Shown piece by piece: positions 1 to 11,051 of a stretch of 33,368 bases of DNA. The DNA comes from Octopus sinensis. Lineage: Eukaryota. Where the stretch lies: positions 1 to 33,368 of the forward strand of contig NW_021832101.1 of assembly GCF_006345805.1 (NCBI RefSeq). Direction: 5' to 3'. How positions within the stretch are numbered: the first letter of the stretch is position 1; each line of letters begins with the position of its first letter. A model generated the notes under the pieces. That model worked only from the letters and a program-made list of their open reading frames with translations. It was not told where the DNA came from and ran no database searches. The position numbers were made by a program, and so were the translations under genes.

Positions 1-53
1 CCTTTGTTTCACATTTATGTGTTTACTCCGGTACATATATATATATATATATA

Positions 54-163
54 GTAAATCCAAATAAACGAAGAACAAGCACAAGAAAGAAAACAACAAC
101 GTGAGGACGTGGTATACATGGAAAGTATATCAGACGCTCAGGCAGGGAAGGAAGAAGGTATTT
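54..163 (-). mobile_element. 5'-truncated copy of the short hammerhead-bearing element family (related to 25136-25340), ribozyme part absent
   Basis: Reverse complement ccttcttccttccctgcctgagcgtc...ccacgtcctcacgttgttgttttc...tttggatttac(ta)n aligns with 25240-25340 and ends in (TA)n. Confidence 0.75.
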
Positions 164-426
164 GTTACCCCACATAAAAGTGGAGACTAAGCTGATATGA
201 ATCAATGCGCTAATTAACTAAATTAACTCGTCACGTCACCTGTACTCGCTAATTAATACAATTAGATAACACTATCGCGAATGGCATTATAAACTCCCAA
301 TACACACACATACACACACAAACACACACACACACAACACACACATATATATATATATATATGCAACATGTATACAAACAAACATACGTTTGTTTCATAG
401 CTGGCAGATATAAATCAGATGTATAT

Positions 427-497
427 TCAGTGGGACTGAACCCGAAGCCATGTATTTGAGAGGCAAGTTTGTTGCCACACACCACCGCTTGCGCCTA
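427..497 (-). mobile_element. SINE family A, tRNA-like head only
   Basis: cagtgggactgaacccg...gccacaccaccgcttgcgcct is the reverse complement of the head of the full copy at 9007. Confidence 0.75.
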
Positions 498-502
498 TTA
501 TG

Positions 503-893
503 TATTTATTGTTCAGTTTTATTTCAAGATTCTTGCCAATAGAAAAGAACCAGTATCTACCATAGATCCATGTCCCCCTTCATTGGAATTTCAACATCAT
601 CAACAGAGTATGTTTTTGCATGTATGTATGTACGTACGTATGTATGTATGTATATGTCCAGATTTGTATGTCTTGTTTTATGCATGTCTTCTCATGCGTA
701 TAGTTGCATGTTTAGACATGTTCATATATACTTAAGTGATAAACTTCTGGAAAGTTTCACAGATTTTTTTACAGTACCAGTGATGGATTGGGTCTGTAGT
801 CTTTGTATCAGCTTTCTCGTTTCTGGTTTTGTAATGCCTAAGTTCTCAAGATTGTATTTAGGCAGTGTGTTACATATCTCAGGGCCCCAATAA
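503..893 (-). pseudogene. RLE-type non-LTR retrotransposon: ORF C-terminus (732-893) plus 3' UTR containing a (CATA)n tract
   Basis: Minus-strand translation IIGALRYVTHCLNTILENLGITKPETRKLIQRLQTQSITGTVK, stop at 732-734. It continues in frame from the fragment at 2511. The UTR ends gaaataaaactgaacaataaat. Confidence 0.85.
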
Positions 894-1793
894 TCTCTTA
901 TTATAAAAGGCAGATTTTATCTGCCTCCCTTTGGGAGTTATAGAAATCTACAATATAGGATTTCTTCAATTACAATTTACCTAGCATTTTTAAGAGTAGA
1001 ATGCATCGGGTCATGCCAGGTCCAGTTTTTAAAATTTAAACTCCAATTAAGCAAAATTTACAGAAAACTCACATTCTGGTGTGTGTGTCAAATGCTTTTC
1101 TTCTCTAGTCTGGTTTACACCACACGCAAACGCACACACACAGGGTGGTGCAACGAATAAAATGAAAGTAAATAGCGACAGAGTGATTTGAGGAAGACTA
1201 AACTGGAAAGTATTTAAACCACTACTCAAAAAATAACAAAAACACAGCAAACAGAAACAAATAATACATAACGATTTACTCCTCACACAATTTCTTCTTC
1301 ATTAGAATTTACCTAAGATTTTTCAAAGTACTCCATTCGCTCATGCCAAAATATTTCTTTCTTTCAATTCACCATCACACACCCAATTAGACAAATTCAA
1401 GAAAACTCAATATTTTAACATTTCACTCCGAAAGCATTGATGTACATGTGTGCGTGCGTGAGTGTGTGTGTGTCATTCCTCACACACACGCATACACATA
1501 CATATACAACTACATACAACTACATACCATACAACTACATACAAACACGTGTGTGTTTTGTTATTAAAAAGGCGCCAAAATACAACTCACTTATCATTCA
1601 ACACATTTGCAAAGACACACGGACGGACAGAAAGGTAAATTGGTTTTTTATTTTACTCTGTATATATTTATTATATAATATTATATATAGATATATGTAT
1701 ATATAATTGCAGTATGAAACAGTGTTTATGTATAAACAAGACGCACTTATATATAGCTATTATAATAAGAGATTAATAAATGTATACATCCGT

Positions 1794-2119
1794 TTAACCC
1801 CTTCGTTACCAAGCCGCCCGAATTTACCTATTCATATTAAAATGAGAATATCAGAGCAAATCTCTTTAGTACATTCGTGAAAACACGTATTATACTTCGA
1901 AACACTTCAACTACAGTTTGTGTACAAAAATCGAAGTGTAATTTTAATTCCGTGAATTATGGGAGATTTTTTCCGAAATTGTTCCTATTGTGTTTTCAAA
2001 ATTGTAATTCTGACAAAAAATGGATACGAATTTCATTATATCAAGCAGCGAGTCAGAATTCGAAGGATTTTCTACTGAAGACCTTCATAAATCTAACTCT
2101 ATGACTGAAAAAAAAAAGC
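1794..2119 (+). mobile_element. piggyBac-like left-end fragment
   Basis: TTAA followed by CCCCTTCGTTACC. Downstream acidic start MDTNFIISSSESEFEGFSTEDL resembles piggyBac transposase N-termini. No matching right end seen. Confidence 0.5.
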
Positions 2120-2120
2120 A

Positions 2121-2510
2121 TCTTTATATAAGAGTGAAGTTGTGTGTCTGTCTACTACGATTTAGATTCCTAACTACTCCCACATTTTGCGGTGCAGTTT
2201 ACCAAAAGCGGGTATCTTATAGTCGTGATTCATATCGAGCCCTTCTGGGTATTAGCGTGCGTCTACGATGAGTCTACGATTTAAAAATATTTACCATCAT
2301 ATTTTTCCATTTTAATGCATTTTTCGCTTTTATATAGGGAAGTAACTCTCTAAAATATCTTACGATGTTTCAACGATTTAAAAAAAAAATTTACCTTAAT
2401 TTTTTTTCAATTTTTAATGCATTTTTTTGCTATTTTTGGCTATAACTCTCTAAAAATGCTTATATAGTTATTTCCCTTACAACCCGAGCAACGCCGGGCG
2501 ATACTGCTAG
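2121..2510 (+). mobile_element. Non-autonomous Helitron (~390 bp) with an internal ~99-bp tandem duplication
   Basis: A|TCTTTATATAAGAG 5' end, 3' hairpin plus CTAG|T. Duplicated unit tacgat...aactctctaaaa at ~2261-2355 and ~2359-2455. Confidence 0.8.
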
Positions 2511-3572
2511 TTACAGTTATAAACCTGAACTTGCAATCTGGATAGGTTAACTGCAAGTCGCTCAATAGTTCCACGGAGGTATTTTCTTTTTTGCAGATCT
2601 TTGGCTTTATGTTAACATCAGCTGGGTAGCTGATTTCCGCAACTGTACACAATTTCTCTTCTCTAACCCAAATCACTATGTCTGATCTATTCTGTTTACA
2701 TTTTATTGAGATTGTCACTGGAACATTCTACCTGTACTCTTTTTTATTATGAGTGGCTATGGCTTCTACCATACTGTGGCTTCTCATTTCTTTGTCCTCG
2801 GGGTTAGCCTTCCAACGGATTTCAGTATATAGTGTCATAGGCAGATAATAGCGTGATGACATTTTCGGACTATTGCTTATGATGTGGGTGATATCATCGG
2901 TATTAACTCCGCAAAGTCTTCCGCAGTTGTCACATTTTGCCGTTTTTCCAGCCTCTTTTTGTGCATCAGGTATTTGGTTGTATATTTTCTGGAATGTGAG
3001 AGTTAGTAATCCAGTTGTTGGTCCATACTAGACAGCTTTGATGATCTATGTTAATATCATCACGGAGGTTTTACTACCGTATCCATGAATGGTCGTCTGC
3101 TCATATACGCTCGTCCTTTCATCTGATGATACACTGCGCTAGAATCGTGCGACTTATTTGGGCTCGTATTTAAGGTTATCAGACAAGGAACGCTGCCCAT
3201 AGACCTGCTTTCCAAGTCTTTATGATGTTATCAGCCTCATATATGCAAACTTGGTCAAGGGATGCACTTTGACACTTCGTGGTTAAAATATGTTGCCGAA
3301 AGGATATGATACGATATCGTTTCGTTTTAGGTAGAAGCAGTCGACGACACTTGATTTGGAATTTATGTGTGTTTGTTAGTATCTTCCGAACTCATATCAA
3401 TGACTCGGATCCCCTCACGCGTCCAATCAAGCAGTCCGATGATGGTATGAGAATGGCAATGTAAGTACATAGCCACTGTTTTACTCACAACAGATTTCCG
3501 AGGTCCATATTGTTTTTATTCGGCAGTAATATTCTTTACTGACACGTATTTTATTACAGGTGCCCTGGACAC
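2511..3572 (-). pseudogene. Decayed RLE-type non-LTR retrotransposon ORF (post-RT region, CCHC zinc knuckle, restriction-like endonuclease)
   Basis: Minus-strand motifs across stops and frameshifts: KEYYCRIKTIWTSE, GLLDWTREGIRVID, RIISFRQH, CDNCGRLCGVNTDDITHIISNSP, KCKQNRSDIVIW..EISYPADVNIKPK. Confidence 0.85.
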
Positions 3573-3842
3573 CTATACGATCAGATATGTATGTATATAT
3601 TTTTACATACGATGGATTTCTTTTAGCTTCCGTCAACTAAACCCACTCCAAAATGTTTCGTCAGTTCGTGCAGAGGGACTTAACACAAGACCCTACTGTT
3701 AGAAAGAATCCATCTTGTCCACACAGCCACATCTTCTCTTATTTATAGGACATTGTTTTATTAGTGGGCAGAAACAGGATTCATGACAAACCACTACGAA
3801 ATATTACCGCCTGTTTGATTAGCATAAACTGCTCTTATTATA

Positions 3843-3905
3843 TCTAATTGACTGGCCCTCTCCCCGAAAATTTCAGGCCTTTTGCCTAGAGTAGAAGAGA
3901 TTATT
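3843..3905 (+). mobile_element. SINE family B 3' tail running into (ATT)n
   Basis: ccccgaaaatttcaggccttttgcctagagtagaagagattatt matches the tails at ~21085-21120 and ~21940-21986. Confidence 0.6.
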
Positions 3906-3957
3906 ATTATTATTATTATTTATTATTATTATTATATTATTATTATTATTATTATTA

Positions 3958-4006
<49 letters not shown>

Positions 4007-4010
4007 TATT
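3900..4010. repeat. (ATT)n microsatellite
   Basis: Direct reading. Confidence 0.95.
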
Positions 4011-4437
4011 CAGTAGTTTTATTTTATAGCGTGCTTTCACTTCACTACCGAGCACAGCTCTGTGTGCCTTGGGTATGTGCTGTGATTGTTGTGATGCTCT
4101 GATGGTTATTGTATGGAAAGTGTTCTGCGTAGGATTTGTGCAGTGCCTAGTAGTGCAATTTTCTATTTTATGTGTTTTTGTAGTCCTGGTGTTTTTGTTA
4201 TGTATTTGTCTGAATATTTTTTTTCATGCTAATGCACTTACTATGATAGGAATTGTTTCTGTTTTCAGATTCCACATTCTAGTTACCTCTATTTCCAGGT
4301 CTTTGTATTTTGAGAGTTTCTTCCCATTTCCTTTTAGAGACACGTTGTCATCAGCCGGTATTGATACATCATTAGAAAGCATTTTTTTCCTTCATGATCT
4401 CTGACAACTATATCTGGTCTGTTGGCCTTAATTTCTC

Positions 4438-4439
<2 letters not shown>
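4011..4439 (-). pseudogene. 5'-truncated RLE non-LTR retrotransposon (R4/Dong-like) 3' end within (TAA)n
   Basis: REIKANRPDIVVRD..DVSIPADDNVSLK..KLSKYKDLEIEVTRMWNLKTETIPIIVSAL..KIALLGTAQILRRTLSIQ*. (ATT)n on both sides. Confidence 0.88.
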
Positions 4440-4480
<41 letters not shown>

Positions 4481-4485
4481 ATTAT

Positions 4486-5037
4486 TATCTTTGAGTGAGA
4501 GAGCAGTGCATGCCATCAAAGTGACATTGAGGTAAAAATATACGAAAACCAGTATACCCATTACGACCACTCGTTTGATAAGGGTCCACAAGACATATGC
4601 ATCACAATCATATGTGCACGACCTTATATCAAGATAAACAACAAATTACCTTGCACATGGGGCCCAGTTAGAATTTCTTTCAGGTCGAGTAGCCCATCTT
4701 GCTCAAATGGCCCCTGAATAAGGTTGTTTAAGGATGTTGAACGAAACATCCATGTTTCTAGAGGTCAATTATTCAAGCCCGAAAGAATACCGCTCAACAC
4801 ACGGCTATGATGCTTTCCCACTACTTCTGCTCGTGATCAGATATGCACATATCGTCAGCCACTAAGGGACATGCTCAACTGGTTACGGTCAAACAACTGA
4901 CAAGCAAATCTGTGGTATTGAGCAGAATATTTGCTGTAGCCCATCTTTTATACCAAGACAAAACAATGTACATGATAACACTTCCAATCAGTTAAGATCA
5001 GAAGCCATGAGAGCCAGTGCCGGTACTGCATCAGGCA
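4486..5037. mobile_element. Unclassified ~550-bp interspersed element flanked by (ATT)n
   Basis: Second, partial copy at 14546-14920. No ORF or tRNA head recognised. Confidence 0.7.
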
Positions 5038-5131
5038 TTATTATTATTATTATTATCATTATTATATTATTATTATTATTTATTATTATATCATTATTAT
5101 TATTATTATATTATTATTATTATTATTATTA

Positions 5132-5168
<37 letters not shown>

Positions 5169-5172
5169 CATT

Positions 5173-5207
<35 letters not shown>

Positions 5208-5214
5208 TATTACA

Positions 5215-5275
<61 letters not shown>

Positions 5276-5277
5276 TA
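5038..5277. repeat. (ATT)n compound microsatellite
   Basis: Direct reading. Confidence 0.95.
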
Positions 5278-5494
5278 TCTCGTTTTGAAAACTCAAGTGA
5301 GAAAAACGGGATAGTTGAGCTAAAAAATATATTTCCGTGTTTACGGAAAAATATTTAATTTCATTTTGCTTCAGTCCACTCAGCTATAAATGAGCTACTG
5401 CGATAGATGGGGAAGAGGAATCTGCAATGGACTAGTGTCTCGTCAAGATGAAATGAAGATTGTAATTTCAGTCACTTATACGCCATGTAGACGG

Positions 5495-5892
5495 AGAAGT
5501 AAAAAGCGAAGAAGAAGAAGGAGGAGGAAGAGAAAGAGGAGAAGATAAAGAAGGAGAAGGAAAAAGAAGAAAAAGAACGAGGAAGAGGAGAAGGAGAAGA
5601 AGAAGGAGAAGGAGGAGGAGAAGAAGGAGAAGCAGAAGAATGAGTAAATGAAAAAAGTAAAAAGAACGAGAGGGAGGTTGAGGGGGAGGAAGAGGTGGAA
5701 GAGGAGAAGAAGGAGAAGAAGAAGGAGAAGAAGAAGGAGAAGAAGAGTAAGAAGAGGAAGAAGAAGGAGAAGGAGAATAAGAAGAATAAGAAGAGGAAGA
5801 CGAGGAAGAAGTAGAAGAAGAAGAAGAAGAAGAAGAGGAGGAAGAAGAAGAAGAAGACGAAGAAGAACAACAGCAACAACAACAACAACAAG
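5495..5892. repeat. Polypurine (GAA/GGA)n tract ending in (CAA)n
   Basis: About 380 bp almost entirely purine on the + strand. Confidence 0.9.
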
Positions 5893-5949
5893 ATGATGGT
5901 GACGATTTATAGAGCTTATGTAATATAAGAGCCACACTAGAATGATAGA

Positions 5950-6130
5950 AAGCGGGTCAGAAAGCTGCAGCCAAAACGCGCTTAGAATGGAAAAGTCAAA
6001 CTGAACTCTTTTAATCTTGGAGAAGATCGGCGGAATGACCAAAATATGTGGATAACATTATATTAGTTAGAAGTTCTCTTAGTGTGAGAAAACACTGCTG
6101 TGAAACGGATGGGGTGGTGTGGGGCAGGCT
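5950..6130 (+). pseudogene. Highly decayed RTE-like LINE fragment
   Basis: AAAKTRLEWKSQTEL and LVRSSL..CCET loosely resemble the RTE post-RT motifs A.R..W.KFRE and VRS.MLYG.ETW. Confidence 0.35.
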
Positions 6131-6380
6131 ATCTGTGAGAGATATGGTAAAATTCTATAAGCTGTTCATGGAATTATATGTTGACTTCAGAAGGAAAAGA
6201 CAAAGTATGTGGTCACCTACGACCTCTTTCCGTGAACATCACGTTGGAAATAATGGAAATGAGGTCAGCCGATGGCAGGGAACAGATGGATTTTGTTGGC
6301 GGTGACACAAATGTGACATTTTTACATTAAATTCCAGGAGATACTCATAAAAAACATATGTGTGTGTGTGTGTGTGTGTG

Positions 6381-6430
<50 letters not shown>

Positions 6431-6567
6431 GTGTTATATTCATGCAATACATTCCGAAATATTATGCACCAAGAAACGTATTCAGATTTAATAGATAAAT
6501 CTGGAAATATATTTTATGTTTTGATATCTATTTACTGGCTTATAAACGCACTCTCGTCCTCACACAC

Positions 6568-6608
<41 letters not shown>

Positions 6609-6805
6609 CATATGTCTAAAAATATTATATCTATCTATATGTTATGCATATTACAAATAATCTCATTCTACCCACAAAGAGAACTTTAGATAGAATTGAT
6701 TTTCAAATCGTTTACAAACTTCATATGAAAGTATATGTGTGTGCATGTATGCCTGCGCGTATATATATATATTTTTTTTTTATATATATACACACGTAAA
6801 ATATA

Positions 6806-6927
6806 TATAGGGTAGTGAGTTTTTTTTAGAAATTTCACTACCAGTGACCTAGCATGTAAAATCAATAGCCAACATATTCTCAATATAAAATAATGTACAT
6901 TTAAACACAAGAGAAAACTACCTTCAA
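6806..6927 (-). mobile_element. Partial inverted copy of the TIR element at 7278-7488
   Basis: Matches the reverse complement of its right arm and middle (ctcaatataaaataatgtacatttaaacacaag). Confidence 0.7.
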
Positions 6928-7277
6928 GGGGCAGTTTTAACACGCTAGAAGAAGCAGTCAAAACGACCAAAACCACATTTAAAGAGTAATCTTCAAAAGG
7001 TTTGAAAAGTAAAAGAACTTTTACCTTGTTATTTTATTCCAGTCAGACCAAGATTACTAAATTTTTTAGCAAATAAAATAATTTGCTAGGCGACTACTTC
7101 ATCAGTGACCGTGCCATAACACTAACATATAATTAAAAGACGATTAACATGTGTTTCTTCGTTATACATTATCATTTTTCAAATTCACCGCGCAAGTGCA
7201 GTTTCATTCGGCAGTAAATGATTAACTACCGAATTAATCTTTTACAAATTGCTAAAAACATATACATAATAAATATA

Positions 7278-7488
7278 TATAGGATAGAGAGTTTTCTTTA
7301 GAAATTTCACTACCAGTGGCCTAGCATGTATAATAAGTTAAAAGACAACATATTCTGTTTGCTGAAGGCAGTTTTCCCTTGTGTTTAAATGTACACTATT
7401 TTGTATTGAGAATATGTTGTCTATTGACTTTTTATACATGCTAGGCCACGAGTAGGGAAATTTCTAAAAAAAAAAAAAACACCCTATA
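7278..7488. mobile_element. MITE-like element with ~75-bp imperfect TIRs in a TA context
   Basis: tatagg...tttagaaatttcactaccagtggcctagcatgtataa mirrors ttatacatgctaggccacgagtagggaaatttctaaa...ccctata. Confidence 0.75.
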
Positions 7489-7555
7489 TATATTTTACGT
7501 ATATGTTTTTAGCAATGTTTGAATGATTAATTAATAAAAGAATTATATATATATA

Positions 7556-7935
7556 ATTCTTTTATTTCTTTCAGTTACGTGACTGCGGCCATGCTGGAGC
7601 ACCACCTTTAATCGAACAAATCGAAATCAGAACTTATTCTTTGTAAGCCTCGTACTTATTCTATAAATCTAATTTGCGGGGACGTAAACACATCAACAAC
7701 TGTTGTCAGGCGATGGTGGGAGGACAAACGCAGACACACAAACACACACACACACACACACACACAAAAGCATACGTCAAGCTTCTTTCAGTTTCCGTCT
7801 ACCAAATCCACTCACAAGGCTTGGTCGCCGAGGCTATAGTAGAAGACAATTGCCCAAGATGCCACCCAGTGGGACTGAACCCAGAACCATGTGGTTGGAA
7901 AGCAACTTTCTTACAACACAGCCACGCCTGCGCCT
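7556..7935 (-). mobile_element. SINE family A, near full length
   Basis: Reverse complement of 9007-9414; internal (CA)n. Confidence 0.9.
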
Positions 7936-7942
7936 GTATATA

Positions 7943-8295
<353 letters not shown>

Positions 8296-8334
8296 AAAAA
8301 GGAGAAGTGGAACACGAGTTGTGATATATAAAAA

Positions 8335-8510
8335 AAGGAAATGAAGAATGCTGACAAAATAATTTAAGTAAGAGAGAAATGAACTCTATCTCTCTTTAAA
8401 AATATCTTTTGATAAGCATAACAAATGCGCACCGGTAAAAAGAACTTTCACCTAATTAAATACACTCTCCCTTACTTAAATCATTTTGTCAGCATTTTCT
8501 TCATTTCCTT
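8335..8510. mobile_element. MITE-like element with ~45-bp TIRs adjoining (TA)n
   Basis: aaggaaatgaagaatgctgacaaaataatttaagtaagagag mirrors ctcccttacttaaatcattttgtcagcattttcttcatttcctt. Confidence 0.8.
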
Positions 8511-8546
8511 ATATATATATATATATATATATACTATATATATATA

Positions 8547-8651
<105 letters not shown>

Positions 8652-8835
8652 TATATAGTTGTATTCAATAAATCGTATTGTATCTAGTAGTTTACTACTA
8701 AAGTATATTCACAGACTTAGGTTTGTTTGGTATGTAATTAATGAGGGAAACGGAAGATGGAAGACATGAGAATCAATATTGATCACTACAATCGTCTCAG
8801 TCCATCTAACATCGATCCCTGAACCAGTTACGCAG

Positions 8836-8894
8836 TATCTCACCTGCGAGTGATCGATGCTAGATGGGTCGAAACGGTTGAGGTGGTCAATAAA
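8836..8894 (+). ncRNA. Degenerate Penelope-type hammerhead remnant followed by AATAAA
   Basis: ctca-c-CTG(-)CGA-gt-GATC..GGTC-GAAAC-ggt-tgag. Core A6 missing. AATAAA at 8889-8894. Confidence 0.45.
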
Positions 8895-9006
8895 CACTTT
8901 CATATCTCCCATTTATATGCACGGACATATCCATATATATATGCACGAACATACCTGAGTACCTGATCTGCGACGAGTCCGTTCAAATTTTTATTTGAGA
9001 TACATA

Positions 9007-9414
9007 GGCGCAGGAGTGGCTGTGTGGTAAGTAGGTTGCTAACCAACCACATGGTTCCGGGTTCAGTCCCACTGCGTGGCATCTTCGGCAAGTGTCTTCT
9101 GCTATAGCCCCGGGCCGACCAATGCATTGTGAGTGGATTTGGTAGACGGAAACTGAAAGAAGCCTGTCGTATATATGTATATATATGTATGTGTGTGTTT
9201 GTGTGTCTGTGTTTGTCCCCCTAGCATTGCTTGACAACCGATGCTGGTGTGTTTACGTCCCCGTCATTAGCGGTTCGGCAAAAAGAGACCGATGGAATAA
9301 GTACTGGGCTTACAAAGAATAAGTCCCGGGGTCGATTTGCTCGACTAAAGGCGGTGCTCCAGCATGGCCGCAGTCAACTGACTGAAACAAGTAAAAGAGT
9401 AAAAGAGTAAAGAG
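9007..9414 (+). mobile_element. SINE family A, full length (tRNA-derived head, internal TA/TG tract, (AAGAGT)n-type tail)
   Basis: A-box-like TGGCTGTGTGG, B-box-like GGTTCAGTCCC. Multiple further copies or fragments in the window. Confidence 0.92.
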
Positions 9415-10118
9415 TATACCTGATGAAGCCGCATCGCGAAAGGAGATAAAAAGAAGTTCAACTCCATCAAACTTGCTACATCACCGGAAACAATACAGAA
9501 GGGCAAAACCCAGACCTACTGAAGGGCGGTGCTCCAGCATGGCCTCACCTTCTGGCTGAAATCGGTAAAGGATAAACTTGAAGAAAAATATATACCATTT
9601 ACATTTTAGTTTTCTCTTCTCTTACTGTATTTCCATTCAGAGAGGTGTTACAAATTCTGTGTTTTGAACATTAAAATGATAAATAACATTGAACCAGAAA
9701 ACGAAAAAGCTGGCATCCTATAAATCGACATATTTTTTATTTTATTTCATAGACAAAAAAAAAAAAAAACAAATAACTAAATAAATAAATACATACAGAG
9801 ATACACACATAAATATATATCAAATTGAAATTGAAGTGTATGTGTTTCCGACAAATATTTTTTTATTGAGTAGAAAATGTAATATACAAAAACCGAAATG
9901 TTCCAAATTTTGCTTTCCGTAAGGAAAAGAAAAAAGACTTGTAATATTTGAGTGATTTCTAATTAATGATGTTTAATTAGAGCAAATACCATATAAGCTT
10001 AAAAGGAAATTGATTTCACTAAAGCCCTTTTTAACCCCATATTCTTTCAAGCATAAAAACTAGTTTCCCTATTTTATATATATATATATATATATATACA
10101 AACATATATAGATATCTA

Positions 10119-10171
<53 letters not shown>

Positions 10172-10659
10172 AGGATATGTGTATGTATGTATGTCTTAAT
10201 GGTATTAGACATATGTATTAAAATAATCATAAATATGCATATATTTTAATTTCTATTCGCATAATTATTGAAATCTATTTGCTTGGAGTCAATTTTCGGC
10301 TAGTCAGTCTGCCTAACACGTTTCTTTATATTGCCTTAAGCTTTTTAGGAGACATTTGCTCGTAAATATATTCTGGCTTAATAAATAAATAAATAAATAA
10401 ATAAATATAGAGATACGTAAATAAATAAATATCAAATTGATACGAAGACTATGAGTCTCTGACATATATTTTTATGTGAAGAAATACTAATATACAAAAA
10501 ATAAAAAAATAAATATTCCAAATTTTGCTTTTAGTTAACTGTAGATTGCTGATATATATATATATTTAAAAATTTATCTATTTATTTATTTATGTAAAGG
10601 ACACAATACATGTCTTTAAGTGCTACTAAGAGTTTCATATGTTGAGAAAAATCTCACAT

Positions 10660-10671
10660 AAGAAGCCTATC

Positions 10672-10717
<46 letters not shown>

Positions 10718-10933
10718 ATATGCGTGTCTGTGTTTGTCCCCCTCAAACATCGTTTGATTACCAATGGTGGTGTGTTTACGTCCCCGTAATATAGCGGTTC
10801 AGCAAAAGGAGACCGATAGAATAGGTACTAGGCTTACAAACAAGAAGTCATGGGGTCAATTTGCTCGACTAAAGGCGGTACCCCAGCATGGCCGCAGTCA
10901 AATGACTGAAACAGGTAAAAGAATAGAGTAAAA
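10660..10933 (+). mobile_element. SINE family A, 5'-truncated
   Basis: Aligns with 9158-9410. Confidence 0.88.
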
Positions 10934-11016
10934 TAATATACATATCTGTCTATATATGTGTGTGTGTGTGTGTTTGTGAGTGTGTGCATATACATATACA
11001 TACATACATACATACA

Positions 11017-11042
<26 letters not shown>

Positions 11043-11051
<9 letters not shown>

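Larger units (their letters stand above)
894..2510 (+). mobile_element. Composite Helitron-type insertion (1617 bp)
   Basis: Starts TC after A893. Ends CTAG (2507-2510) before T2511. Subterminal hairpin CCCG-agcaacgc-CGGG. No target-site duplication; removing it restores the LINE reading frame. Confidence 0.8.

Noticed and set aside
5007-6042. Long poly-I/L/Y/R/S ORFs here, and the many YI/HT/CV-repeat ORFs elsewhere in the track
   Set aside because: These are translations of microsatellites with no stop in frame; there is no domain content
8709-8912. KVFIDHLNRFDPS on the minus strand resembles a PLE RT motif
   Set aside because: No YxDD upstream and no continuation; it is simply the antisense of the hammerhead-like motif
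9007-9080. tRNA gene
   Set aside because: A/B-box-like motifs only; no full cloverleaf, and it continues into the SINE body
9419-9445. CTGATGA-AGCCGCATCGC-GAAA
   Set aside because: Stem II is only 2 bp and there is no stem III or NUH after GAAA
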